From the NCBI RefSeq assembly GCF_049060185.1, contig NZ_JBMEQO010000002.1: a DNA stretch of 64,000 nucleotides; one strand, written 5' to 3'. The position numbers were made by a program, and so were the translations under genes. Shown one piece after another: positions 12,453 to 22,089 of this stretch. The notes below the pieces were generated by a model. The model was given only the letters and a program-made list of their open reading frames with translations, made no database searches and was not told the DNA's origin. Source of the stretch: Nannocystis pusilla. GTDB lineage: Bacteria; Myxococcota_A; Polyangia; Nannocystales; Nannocystaceae. Each line of letters begins with the position of its first letter. Within the stretch, counting starts at the first letter, position 1.

Positions 12453-13697
12453 ATGCACGCACGCATCCCTCTTCGCATCCGGGTCGGCGCCGATTGGCGC
12501 GTCGCGGCGGCTCTGATGCTGGCGGGCTGTCTCGATCGCAACGGCGGGCACATCGATCCGACCACGGTCGAGCTCTCGACCGGCAGCGGCACCGCCAGCA
12601 GCACCAGCAGCAGCGGCAGCAGCGGCCCCGGCATCATGACCACCACCGTCGATCCGGGCGGCAGCGACGGCGACAGCGGCTCGACCGGTGACCCGACGCC
12701 CGCGCCGTGCGGCAACGGCAAGATCGACGTGCCCGAGCAGTGCGATCAGGGCGACGCCAACGGCGACGACCGCGAGTGCACGTCCTCCTGCCGCTGGAAC
12801 ATCTGCGGCGACGGCCTGCTCGAGGCCGGCGACGAGGTCTGCGACGACGGCAAGGGCAAGAACGGCACCTACGGCCACTGCGGCAAGTACTGCATGGACT
12901 TCTCCCCCCACTGCGGCGACGGCATGTTGCAGGCGGCCCACGGCGAGGTCTGCGACGACACCAATCCGATGTACGGCTGCCTCCCCGACTGCACGCCGGC
13001 GACCTCGTGCCTCGACATCCGCACCGGCTGGGGCGACGCGGCCCAGACCGGCCTCTTCTCGATCCGTCGCGAGGACAGGCAGGTGACCGTCTGGTGCGAC
13101 ATGCAGGCCGACGGCGGCGGCTACACTCTAAAGTACGCATCGGGCACGCAGGTCCCGAACCCGCCCGAACCGGACAAGTTCATCGGCGAGCCGCTCACCG
13201 CGGCGCAAGCCGAGGAGAAGTGCGCCTCGTGGGGCCTGCGCCTGTTCTCCCCGCGCACCCAGCAGCACCTGCGAGCCGCGGTCACCGCCGCGAGCGCCGC
13301 CGAGTTCGCCCCGGTCCACGCCACCGGCGACTACCCCGCGGGCGTCGCCGCCGACAGCAACGCCGCCGGCTACCTGTCGATCATGGGCATCTATCCCGTC
13401 ACCCCGGGCCTCAGCTGCGAGAGCAAGCCGCTCAACAGCGAGGACTGCCCGCAGTGGGCCGCGAAGCCCGATCCGCAGGACCCCGACGTCGTGATGCCCT
13501 ACTGGGTCACCGACAAGATCTTCCTCGGCCAGCCGGACACGGGCAACTGCGCCGGCTGCTCGCTCCTCTACGACTGGAACCTGCAGGTCCAGCCGCCCGT
13601 CCTCACCGGCTACTTCGCGTTCAACATGATGACGGGCGCGAGCAGCCCGCACTTCCTGTGCGAAGTCGGCGACAAGCTCGGCCCGCCCGAGGGCTGA
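12453..13697 (+). CDS. Secreted lipoprotein with myxococcal Cys-rich repeats and C-terminal fibrinogen-like (FReD) domain
   Basis: It has a signal peptide and lipobox (LMLAGC). It has CGNGKIDVPEQCDQGD...CGDG repeats and the FReD hallmark VTVWCDMQADGGGYTL. The ORF is intact. Confidence 0.7.
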   Translation: MHARIPLRIRVGADWRVAAALMLAGCLDRNGGHIDPTTVELSTGSGTASSTSSSGSSGPGIMTTTVDPGGSDGDSGSTGDPTPAPCGNGKIDVPEQCDQGDANGDDRECTSSCRWNICGDGLLEAGDEVCDDGKGKNGTYGHCGKYCMDFSPHCGDGMLQAAHGEVCDDTNPMYGCLPDCTPATSCLDIRTGWGDAAQTGLFSIRREDRQVTVWCDMQADGGGYTLKYASGTQVPNPPEPDKFIGEPLTAAQAEEKCASWGLRLFSPRTQQHLRAAVTAASAAEFAPVHATGDYPAGVAADSNAAGYLSIMGIYPVTPGLSCESKPLNSEDCPQWAAKPDPQDPDVVMPYWVTDKIFLGQPDTGNCAGCSLLYDWNLQVQPPVLTGYFAFNMMTGASSPHFLCEVGDKLGPPEG

Positions 13698-14054
13698 GGC
13701 CTGCCCCATCGGACATGTCCTGGCGCGCCTGTCCTCGAGGACACCCGGTTCCTCCGCCTGACCGCTCACGCGCCCCCATCGTCAGCCGGGTCGTGCTGAC
13801 CTCCTGGCGTCTACGTCCTCGAGCACACCTGTCGCGGCCATACGCCGGACGCCTCACGCGCTCGCAGCATCTGCTCGGCAACGCCGATGCTGTCCACGCG
13901 AACGGTTCACGAGCACTGGCCACGTCATGGCGTGTCTGCTCGCAAGAGACACCCCGTCGCCCGACGGCTCACGCGCTCGCAGCGTCCGCTCAGCCAGGCC
14001 GACCCCGTCCGGACCCGCTTCTCATCCCCGGTCGCGTGCAGTCGCACGCCTGAC
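13698..14054. repeat. Repeat-rich convergent intergenic region with GGACATGTCC-type palindromes plus direct repeats
   Basis: At 13715-13733 it reads CGGACATGTCCTGGCG. At 13738-13749 it reads GTCCTCGAGGAC. CTCACGCGCTCGCAGC units lie 115 bp apart (13853 and 13968). Confidence 0.7.
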
Positions 14055-14654
14055 TCAGGTGACCCCGAGCGACTCCAGCAGCTCCACCACCTCCGCGAGC
14101 GGCAGGCCGACCACGTTCGTGTAGCTGCCCTCGATCTTGCGCACCAGCCCGGCCGCTGCGCCCTGGATCCCGTAGGCCCCGGCCTTGTCGCGCCACTCCT
14201 CCGTGTCGAGGTAGCGATCGATCTGCGCCGGAGTCAGCGGCCGGAACCACACCGTCGTCGTCACCGCGAACGGGTGCCAGCGGACCTCGGGCCCGCGCAG
14301 GTCCGCGATCGCCACGGCCGTGGTCGTGAAGTGGGAGCGGCCCGCCAGCCGCGTCAGCATCGCCGCCGCCTCCGCGCGGTCGGCCGCCTTCGCCAGCGGT
14401 TCGACCTGTCCTTCGAGCCAGACCGTCGTGTCGGCCGCCAGCACCACCGAACCTGGCCGCAAGGCCAGGTCGGCCTTGGCCCGCGCCACCCGCTCGACGT
14501 ACGCCGGCGGCGGCTCGCCGGGCAGCCAGGTCTCGTCGGCGTCCACCGGCGCGCGCGTACACGCGATCCCGGCCGAGCGCAGCAGTTCGGCCCGCCGCGG
14601 CGACGCCGAGGCGAGGACGAGGACAGGCGGGGTCAGCGGAGCGGGCTCGGTCAT
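14055..14654 (-). CDS. maf: Maf-like nucleoside triphosphate pyrophosphatase
   Basis: It reads VLASASPRR.ELL...AADTTV and AGAYGIQG. The ATG is at 14654. Confidence 0.8.
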   Translation of the reverse strand: MTEPAPLTPPVLVLASASPRRAELLRSAGIACTRAPVDADETWLPGEPPPAYVERVARAKADLALRPGSVVLAADTTVWLEGQVEPLAKAADRAEAAAMLTRLAGRSHFTTTAVAIADLRGPEVRWHPFAVTTTVWFRPLTPAQIDRYLDTEEWRDKAGAYGIQGAAAGLVRKIEGSYTNVVGLPLAEVVELLESLGVT

Positions 14655-14977
14655 GGCCGGCTTTTGCCGGAAAGCGACCCTGCGCGCAACCTCGCCGCGG
14701 CGCCCGCCCGCGGGTACGACGAGGCTCTGCCCGCCACGGCACGGTCGTGCACCTGCGCGTCTGGGCCCCTTCGACGCTGACGCCAGCTCGAGGGCCCCAT
14801 GGTCGCGGTGGCACCCCTGCGAGCCGAGAGTTTCGTGCGCTTCACCTCGCTCGCGCAGCCCTCGCGCCAGACGCCCGGCGCCCGGCTGCGACGCAGCCAC
14901 GGCCGTGCCGGACGAGCCCGCGAACGGCCCGGCGGCGGCCCGGCGGGCCCGGCGGCGGTGCGTGCTACCATCTCGGC

Positions 14978-15943
14978 ATGCGGCGCCCCTTCTGCCTCTC
15001 GAGCGTCTACCTCCTCGCGGTCCTCGCGCTGTCGGCCCCGTTCATCGCCGTCGAGGCGCCCGACGCCGAACCTGTCCCCGAGGACACCTGCGACGCCGAC
15101 GCCGTCGACCCCGACCTGCTGGGCGTCTGGCACCGCTGGGACGCCCTCGCCGAGGGCGACCGCATGCGCTTCTACTTCTTCCACGAGGGCGGCTTCGGCC
15201 TCTACCGCTACGGCAAGGTCGGCCTCACCAACACCCACAGCTTCGACTACCGCGCCGAGGGCGGCCACCTCGAGCTCACCTTCCGCAAGACCGGCGAGCG
15301 GCGGCGCGTCCCCTACCGCCTCGAGGAGCAGGGCGGACGCACCTGGCTGGTCCTCGACGAGGACCCGCGCGAGCCCGGCGGCGCCCGCTACTTCAAGGCC
15401 CCGGCGGCCGCCACCGGCGCGCCCTGCTTCGATCCGGCCGGCGACCTGCCCCAAAAGCCAGGCGTCGGCGACCTGCCCCGAGAGCCAGGCACCCCCGCGC
15501 CCGCACTGCTCGCCGCGGGCCTGCCCCGAGAGCCAGGCGCCCCCGCGCCGCTCGCCGCCGCCGACCTCGCCGCCGCCGAGCGGATCGGCGGGCGCCTGTG
15601 GGGCGAGGAGGTCCGTTACGCCACCGGCGGCATGGGCTTCTCGATCTACCAGCTGCAGCCGCAGGCGATCGACGGCCGCGGCGTCGGCTGGCACCACCGC
15701 GGCGACTACGACGAGTGGACCACCGAGACCCTGACCTACCGCCAGCGCGGCGATCGCCTGGCCCTGTCGTTCCCGCTGCGCCACGACGGCCTCGAGACCG
15801 CGATCCTCGTCAGCGGCAGCGGCGACGACCGCACCCTCCAGCTCGCCGAAGATCCGCGCGACTTCTGGCGCGCCCACACCTACCGCGACATGGGCCCCAC
15901 CTTCGCCGGCGCGGTCGCCCCGAGCGCCTGCCTGCCGCAGTGA
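14978..15943 (+). CDS. Hypothetical secreted protein
   Basis: It has a signal peptide MRRPFCLSSVYLLAVLALSAPF. It has internal LPREPGxPAP repeats. It has no recognised domain. Confidence 0.5.
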   Translation: MRRPFCLSSVYLLAVLALSAPFIAVEAPDAEPVPEDTCDADAVDPDLLGVWHRWDALAEGDRMRFYFFHEGGFGLYRYGKVGLTNTHSFDYRAEGGHLELTFRKTGERRRVPYRLEEQGGRTWLVLDEDPREPGGARYFKAPAAATGAPCFDPAGDLPQKPGVGDLPREPGTPAPALLAAGLPREPGAPAPLAAADLAAAERIGGRLWGEEVRYATGGMGFSIYQLQPQAIDGRGVGWHHRGDYDEWTTETLTYRQRGDRLALSFPLRHDGLETAILVSGSGDDRTLQLAEDPRDFWRAHTYRDMGPTFAGAVAPSACLPQ

Positions 15944-15995
15944 CCCCGCCGTCGACGCCGCCTCCGCCTGTCTCTTCGCGCAGGCCCTTTAGAAC

Positions 15996-16725
<730 letters not shown>

Positions 16726-16960
16726 GGAAGTGCGACGAGAGCCTCGGCCCGCCTCGCGCCGTCGCACGACGTTCCTCGCCGCCGTCCCGACCGTTCAGCC
16801 CGCCGCCCGGCTCGAGCGCTAGCGTCGGACGAGCCTCCGCGGCGGTTCAGCCCGCCAACATCCCTCGCCTGCGTCGGCGCCATGACGTGCGACCGCGTCG
16901 GAAATCTCGCGCTCCGCCAGGGCTCGTGACCGAGGGCAAGCGGCGCGGCCGCGGGCGCCC

Positions 16961-18297
16961 ATGTCCCCGCGCGGCGCGGCGTGCTATCGCAGGCGCGTGC
17001 CCAAGGCACCCCTGCTCGCACCGCCCGGGCCCCCGACGATCTCCTTTCACTGGGACGGCGCCCCGGTCGCCGCGTGCCCCGGCGACACCGTCGCCTCCGC
17101 GCTGATCGCCGCCGGCGAGCTCGCCACCAGCCGCAGCGCCAAGTACCGCCGGCTGCGCGGCTCCGCCTGTCTGCACGGCGGCTGCGGCACCTGCCTCGTG
17201 CGCGTCGACGGCCGGCCCAACCAGCGGGCCTGCCTCACGCCTGTCCGCGAGGACATGCGCGTCGAGCCGCAGAACACCTACGGCGGCCTCGACCCGACCG
17301 CCCTCGTCGACCAAGTGTTCCGCCGCGGCATCGACCACCACCACCTCGTCGTCTACCCGCGAATCGCCAACCAAATGATGCAGGGCGTCGCCCGCGAGCT
17401 GGCCGGCTTCGGCGAGCTGCCCGACGCGCCGCCCGAAGACGTCGCCGGTGTCGTCGACCATGCCCCCGAGGTCCTGGTCATCGGGGCAGGTCGCTCCGGC
17501 CGCGCGCTCGCTACGACTCTGGCCGCCGCCGGCCACCCGCCGCTGGTCGTCGAGCGCCGCCCCGCCGCCGCTCTCGGCGGCAGCGACCTCCCGGCCCGGC
17601 TCCTCGCTGGCGTCGGCGTGTTCGCCTGCTACCCGCAGGAGCGGCTGTGGGCCGCCGCCTCCGAGCAGCCAGCGGTGCTCCACCGCCTGCGCCCGCGCCA
17701 CGTCGTGCTGGCCGTCGGCGCCCACGAGCCGACCATCCCGCTGGCCAACAACGACCTCCCGGGGTCGTGTCCGCACGTGGCCTCGCGGACATGCTCGAAC
17801 AGACAGGTCGCAAGCTCAGCGCGCGCGTCGTCGTCGTCGGCGAGGGCGCCCGCGCCGAGCTGCTGGCGAGCACCCTCGCCGCCGAGCGCGTCCCGCCGGC
17901 GCGCGTGCGCAAGCTGATCGGGGCGCGCCGGGTCAAAGGCGTCCAGCTCGAGGACGGCAAGATCCTCCGCTGCGACCTCGTCGCCCTCGCCCCCGACCCC
18001 GCGCCCGCCTTCGAGCTGGCCGCCCAGGCCGGCGCCCCGATCCACTTCACCGGGGCCGGCTTCGCCCCCGTCGTCGACGCCGACGGCCGGATCGCCGCCG
18101 GCCCGGCCGCGCACCCGCTCGAGGCCGAGGGCGCCCAGACCGCCCCGCCCCGCCGTGGACGCTGTGGGCCGTCGGCGAGCTGGCCGGCGCCACCACCCCC
18201 GCCGAGATCCGCGGCACCGTCGACCGCTGCGCCGCCGCCCTGGTGCGCGCGCTCGCCGAGTCACCTGCCCCGAAGGACAGCCATGCCCGCGCCTGAC
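16961..18297 (+). CDS. HcnB/OoxA/SoxA-like pyridine-nucleotide-disulfide oxidoreductase subunit with N-terminal 2Fe-2S domain; frameshifts (~17775, ~18160)
   Basis: The N-terminus reads [23 protein letters not shown]...[15 protein letters not shown]. It has two GxGxxG-type folds ([20 protein letters not shown]). Confidence 0.6.
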
Positions 18298-18347
18298 CTG
18301 TCCCTGCGGTCGCCGCCGAGCTCCCTCCTGCCCCCGCGAGGCCTGCC

Positions 18348-18641
18348 ATGACCGCGCGCACCTTCGTCTGTCGCTGCGAGGACGTCACTCTGACGGAGAT
18401 CGAGCGGGCCATCGCCGCCGGTCTGTCGGACGTCGAGGAGATCAAGCGCTACACCGGCCTCGGCACCGGGCCGTGCCAGGGCAAGGAGTGCCTGTCGGCG
18501 CTGGGGCGGCTGCTCGTCGCCCGCAACTTGATCGCGCCCGCTGCCCTGCGCCCGTTCACCGCCCGGCCGCCGGTCGAGCCGGTGACCTTCGGCGCCCTCG
18601 CGGCCGGCGCGAGCGAGCACCCGGAGGATCCGTCGCCATGA
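18348..18641 (+). CDS. Small [2Fe-2S]-binding subunit (HcnA/BFD-like)
   Basis: It reads [16 protein letters not shown]...[10 protein letters not shown]. Its stop overlaps the next ATG (ATGA). Confidence 0.65.
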   Translation: MTARTFVCRCEDVTLTEIERAIAAGLSDVEEIKRYTGLGTGPCQGKECLSALGRLLVARNLIAPAALRPFTARPPVEPVTFGALAAGASEHPEDPSP

Positions 18642-19837
18642 CCGTTGCGATGGGCCGCGCCGACACCCCGCTGCCGGCCGAAGTCGACGTCGCGGTGATC
18701 GGCGGCGGCATCATGGGCCTGGGGCTCGCCTACCACCTGGCCCTGCTGTCCGGCGGCAAGGGCAAGCCGCCGCTGTCGGTCGCGGTCATCGAGCGCAGCT
18801 ACCTCGTCAGCGGCGCCTCCGGGCGCAACGGCGGCGGCGTGCGCATGCAGTGGGGCGACGCCGGCAACGTCCGCTTGATGATGGACAGCATCGAGCTGTG
18901 CAAGGACCTCGCGCAGCAGCTCGGCATCAACTTGTGGTTCCGCCAGGGCGGCTACCTGTTCCTCGCTCGCACCGAGGCCGGCGAGCGTCGGCTCGAGCGC
19001 AACGTCCAGCTGCACGGCGAGGTCGGGGCGCCGACCCGCCTGCTCACCGCCGCCGAGGCGCAGGCGATCGTCCCCCAGCTCGACGTCGCCGAGGTCCGGC
19101 TCGCCACCTTCAACCCCGAAGACGGCGTCGTGTTCCCGTGGGCCTTCGTGTGGGGTTACGCCGCCAAGGCCGTCGAGCGCGGCGTCGTCCTGCGCACGCA
19201 CACCAGCGTCGTCCGCGTCGAGCCGCTGGCCCAGGGCTTCGCGCTGCACCTGCACACCGGCGAGGTCGTGCGTGCGCGCCGGGTCGTCAACGCCACCGGC
19301 GCGTGGTCGGGCGCGCTCAACCGCCAGCTCGGCATCGACCTGCCCAACCGCCCGCACCGCCACGAGATCCTCTCGAGCGAGCCGCTCAAGCCGTTCCTCG
19401 ATCCGCTGGTCGTCGATCTCTCGAGCGGCCTCTACTTCTCTCAGAGCACCCGCGGCGAGCTCGTCACCGGCATCAGCCTGCCCGACGCGCCCGACGGCAG
19501 CGACGAGAGCCTCACCCTCCACTCCAGCCTCCGCTTCCTCACCCACCTCAGCGCCACGCTCACGCGCCTGATGCCGATCACCGCGGCGATGAAGGTCCTG
19601 CGGCAGTGGGTCGGTCCTTACGACGTCTCGCCCGACGGCGACGCGATCGTCGGCCCCAGCCCCGGCCACCCCGACTTCATCCAGGTGTGCGGCTTCACCG
19701 GGCACGGCTTCATGATGGCGCCCGCGGTGGGTCGGCTGCTGGCGCGCTGGCTCGCCCTCGGCGAGACCCACCCGATGCTGGAGCGCTGGTCCCCGGGTCG
19801 CTTCACCGCCGGGGCGTCGCCCGCCGCGAGGACATGA
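18638..19837 (+). CDS. FAD-dependent oxidoreductase subunit (HcnC/SoxB/DAO-like)
   Basis: It reads DVAVIGGGIMGL and GASGRNGGGV. It reads H.HGF at the C-terminus. Confidence 0.7.
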   Translation: MTVAMGRADTPLPAEVDVAVIGGGIMGLGLAYHLALLSGGKGKPPLSVAVIERSYLVSGASGRNGGGVRMQWGDAGNVRLMMDSIELCKDLAQQLGINLWFRQGGYLFLARTEAGERRLERNVQLHGEVGAPTRLLTAAEAQAIVPQLDVAEVRLATFNPEDGVVFPWAFVWGYAAKAVERGVVLRTHTSVVRVEPLAQGFALHLHTGEVVRARRVVNATGAWSGALNRQLGIDLPNRPHRHEILSSEPLKPFLDPLVVDLSSGLYFSQSTRGELVTGISLPDAPDGSDESLTLHSSLRFLTHLSATLTRLMPITAAMKVLRQWVGPYDVSPDGDAIVGPSPGHPDFIQVCGFTGHGFMMAPAVGRLLARWLALGETHPMLERWSPGRFTAGASPAART

Positions 19838-20233
19838 TCATCGGCTGACTCGCCGGGATCGGCCCCGCAAATAAACCCGTGCGCCTCGCCATGAACCGGC
19901 AGCCACGCGCGAATTCGGCGGCGCCGCCTCACGCGCCCCGCGCGATGTGGGCCCGGGTCGCCCCCGCCAGGGTCGGCTTCGCAACGGGTCTTATGCCGCT
20001 CCGCCGCGGCTTCCGGGCGATTGGCGACGGAAAACCCCGGCGTTTCCCGACTCCCCGCCGGCCGTCCAGCGCCCCGCGAACCTGGTTGCGACCGCCTGGT
20101 GCGCCTGCCCTCGGCGGCCGGACTGCGATATCATCTCCGTCCGACCTCCGAGGTGCCATGGGCCCGTGCTTGCCAGCCGAATTGTTCTGCCCTATCATCG
20201 GCGAAACATGCAGCCAGCGAAGGATAGCGCCCC

Positions 20234-21049
20234 ATGGAAGTGACTTTCTGGGGCACCCGGGGCAGCATTCCAGTTTCCGGGCCGCGGTACGCAGAGTTCG
20301 GCGGCAACACGCCCTGCCTTCAGATTTCGCTCGAGAGCACGACGGACACCGTCATCCTCGACTCGGGCTCGGGCATCCGTGAGCTCGGCATCCGCCTCGT
20401 GCAGACTCGAGCCGCGCACTCGCGGGTCATTCACCTGTTTCTGACCCACGCTCACTGGGATCACATCCAGGGCTTCCCGTTCTTCCCGCCGGCCTTCATG
20501 CCGGACTTCCGGCTCCACATCTACTGCACGAAGGACGCGCGAGCGGTCCTCGACCGGCAGATGTCGACGCCGTTCTTCCCGGTCGGCCTCGACGTGATGG
20601 GCTCCACCAAGCTCTTCCATCACCTGCTGCCGCAGGAGGTCACGACGATCGCCGAGGCGACGCTGCGGCACATCCCGCTGCCGCACCCGCAGGAGAGCAC
20701 CGCGTTCCGCGTCGACGAGCGCGGCAAGTCGGTCGTGTTCGCCACCGACACCGAGCACGCGCCCGACCACATCAACGAGACCCTGCGGGACCTGGCCGAA
20801 GGGGCAGACGTCCTGATCTACGACGCCCAGTACACCTCCGAGGAGTACAGCGCCGGCAAGCAGGGCTGGGGTCACAGCACCTTCGCCGAGGCCGTCAAGC
20901 TGGCCCGCGCCGCCCACGTCGGCAAGCTCGTCCTCTATAGCCACGACCCGGCCCACGACGACGAGATGCTGCGCAAGATCGAGGCGGCCGCCCAGGAAGC
21001 CTTCCCCGGCACCGTCGCCGCCCGCGACGGCATGAAGCTGAAGCTCTGA
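20234..21049 (+). CDS. MBL-fold metallo-hydrolase
   Basis: It has the HxHxDH motif LTHAHWDHIQG. It reads DSGSG near the N-terminus. The ORF is intact. It is preceded by a 380-bp non-coding leader. Confidence 0.75.
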   Translation: MEVTFWGTRGSIPVSGPRYAEFGGNTPCLQISLESTTDTVILDSGSGIRELGIRLVQTRAAHSRVIHLFLTHAHWDHIQGFPFFPPAFMPDFRLHIYCTKDARAVLDRQMSTPFFPVGLDVMGSTKLFHHLLPQEVTTIAEATLRHIPLPHPQESTAFRVDERGKSVVFATDTEHAPDHINETLRDLAEGADVLIYDAQYTSEEYSAGKQGWGHSTFAEAVKLARAAHVGKLVLYSHDPAHDDEMLRKIEAAAQEAFPGTVAARDGMKLKL

Positions 21050-21054
21050 GCCGA

Positions 21055-21101
21055 CTGGCCGCCAGGACATGTCCTCGCGGCCAGCTCGGTGCCGACGTCC
21101 G
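21055..21101. repeat. 34-bp near-perfect palindrome centred on GGACATGTCC
   Basis: The sequence is CTGGCCGCCAGGACATGTCCTCGCGGCCAG. It lies between the MBL stop and the next start. Confidence 0.7.
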
Positions 21102-21116
21102 TCCGGCTGAGCTCGC

Positions 21117-21902
21117 ATGTCGCAGCACGAGATCGCAGACACCGTCGCCGACTCGGTGCGCGTGCTCCACGAGCACCACGGCGGCGACGACCACCGCGAC
21201 CTGTTCTTCGCGCTCTTCGCCTTCCAGGCCGGCTTCGACTGCGGCTTCACCCACGGGCGCGTGCTCGACATCCTGATCGCGCGGCGCTTCACCTACCGCC
21301 TGCCGATCACCGCGCACCCGCAGTTCGCCGCCAACAACCGCGCATTCAAGGGGGCGCCGCCGAAAGAGTGGCGCTTCGTGGACTCGGAGGTCCTCGGCCG
21401 CGAGCCGCCCGAGGACCGGCCCACTGTCGGTCACGAGAACGGTTACCTCCTGGAGGGCGCCCTGTACTGCGACGCCGGCACGCCGCTGTGGCACGAGCTC
21501 GCCGCCGCCGGGGTGCTGCGAGGCGCCGACGCCGAGCCGCCGCGGCCGCTGCCCCTCGGCAACGTCGCGCTGCAGGTGACGCGGGCGGCCGAGAAGGTCG
21601 ACGACCGCGACCTGATCGCCATGTGGATCAACTTCGGCCCGCGGATGCTGTTCCCGAAGACCCGGCACGTGCGCGAGGGCGAGGTGGTGGCCACGAACCC
21701 GTTTACCGGCAAAGCGATCGTCGCCCCCGAAGACTGCGTCATCCCGACCGACCCGACGGTCGCCGAGCTCACCGCCGTCCCCGACGCGGTCGCGCTGCGC
21801 GAGCTGGCCCGCCGCGTCGACGCCGTCCACGTCCCGGTCCACTACGACTACCGCCCGCCGCGCGAGCTCTGGTCCGAGGCCGACGCCTGGTTCTGGGGCT
21901 GA
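21117..21902 (+). CDS. Hypothetical protein
   Basis: It is an intact 261-aa ORF with locus-typical codon usage and no recognised motifs. Confidence 0.5.
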   Translation: MSQHEIADTVADSVRVLHEHHGGDDHRDLFFALFAFQAGFDCGFTHGRVLDILIARRFTYRLPITAHPQFAANNRAFKGAPPKEWRFVDSEVLGREPPEDRPTVGHENGYLLEGALYCDAGTPLWHELAAAGVLRGADAEPPRPLPLGNVALQVTRAAEKVDDRDLIAMWINFGPRMLFPKTRHVREGEVVATNPFTGKAIVAPEDCVIPTDPTVAELTAVPDAVALRELARRVDAVHVPVHYDYRPPRELWSEADAWFWG

Positions 21903-22089
21903 CCTGCGAGGCGCATTACCTGTCCCGAAGTTCAGGCCCGACGCGAGCGCTCGTGATCATCCTCGCCTCGCCCGCCCTGAACATTGACCGGCAGGCCGAC
22001 GCTGCTCGCAGCGCTCCCCGTCCCAAGGTTCAGGCCGACTCGAACGCTCGCCGAGACTCCTCCGCAGCGAAGTTACGCCTCGCGCCCGC
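21903..22089. repeat. Convergent intergenic region with two 24-bp direct repeats (GTTCAGGCCSGACKCGARCGCTCG) and CTCACGCG motifs
   Basis: The copies lie at 21930 and 22028, 98 bp apart. It shares CGCTCACGCG with 13765/13853/13968. Confidence 0.55.

Noticed and set aside
12453-13697. Fibrinogen-like domain as eukaryotic contamination
   Set aside because: The gene has 72% GC and locus-typical codon usage. It has a bacterial lipobox and myxococcal Cys-rich repeats. It is flanked by bacterial genes with no junction anomaly.
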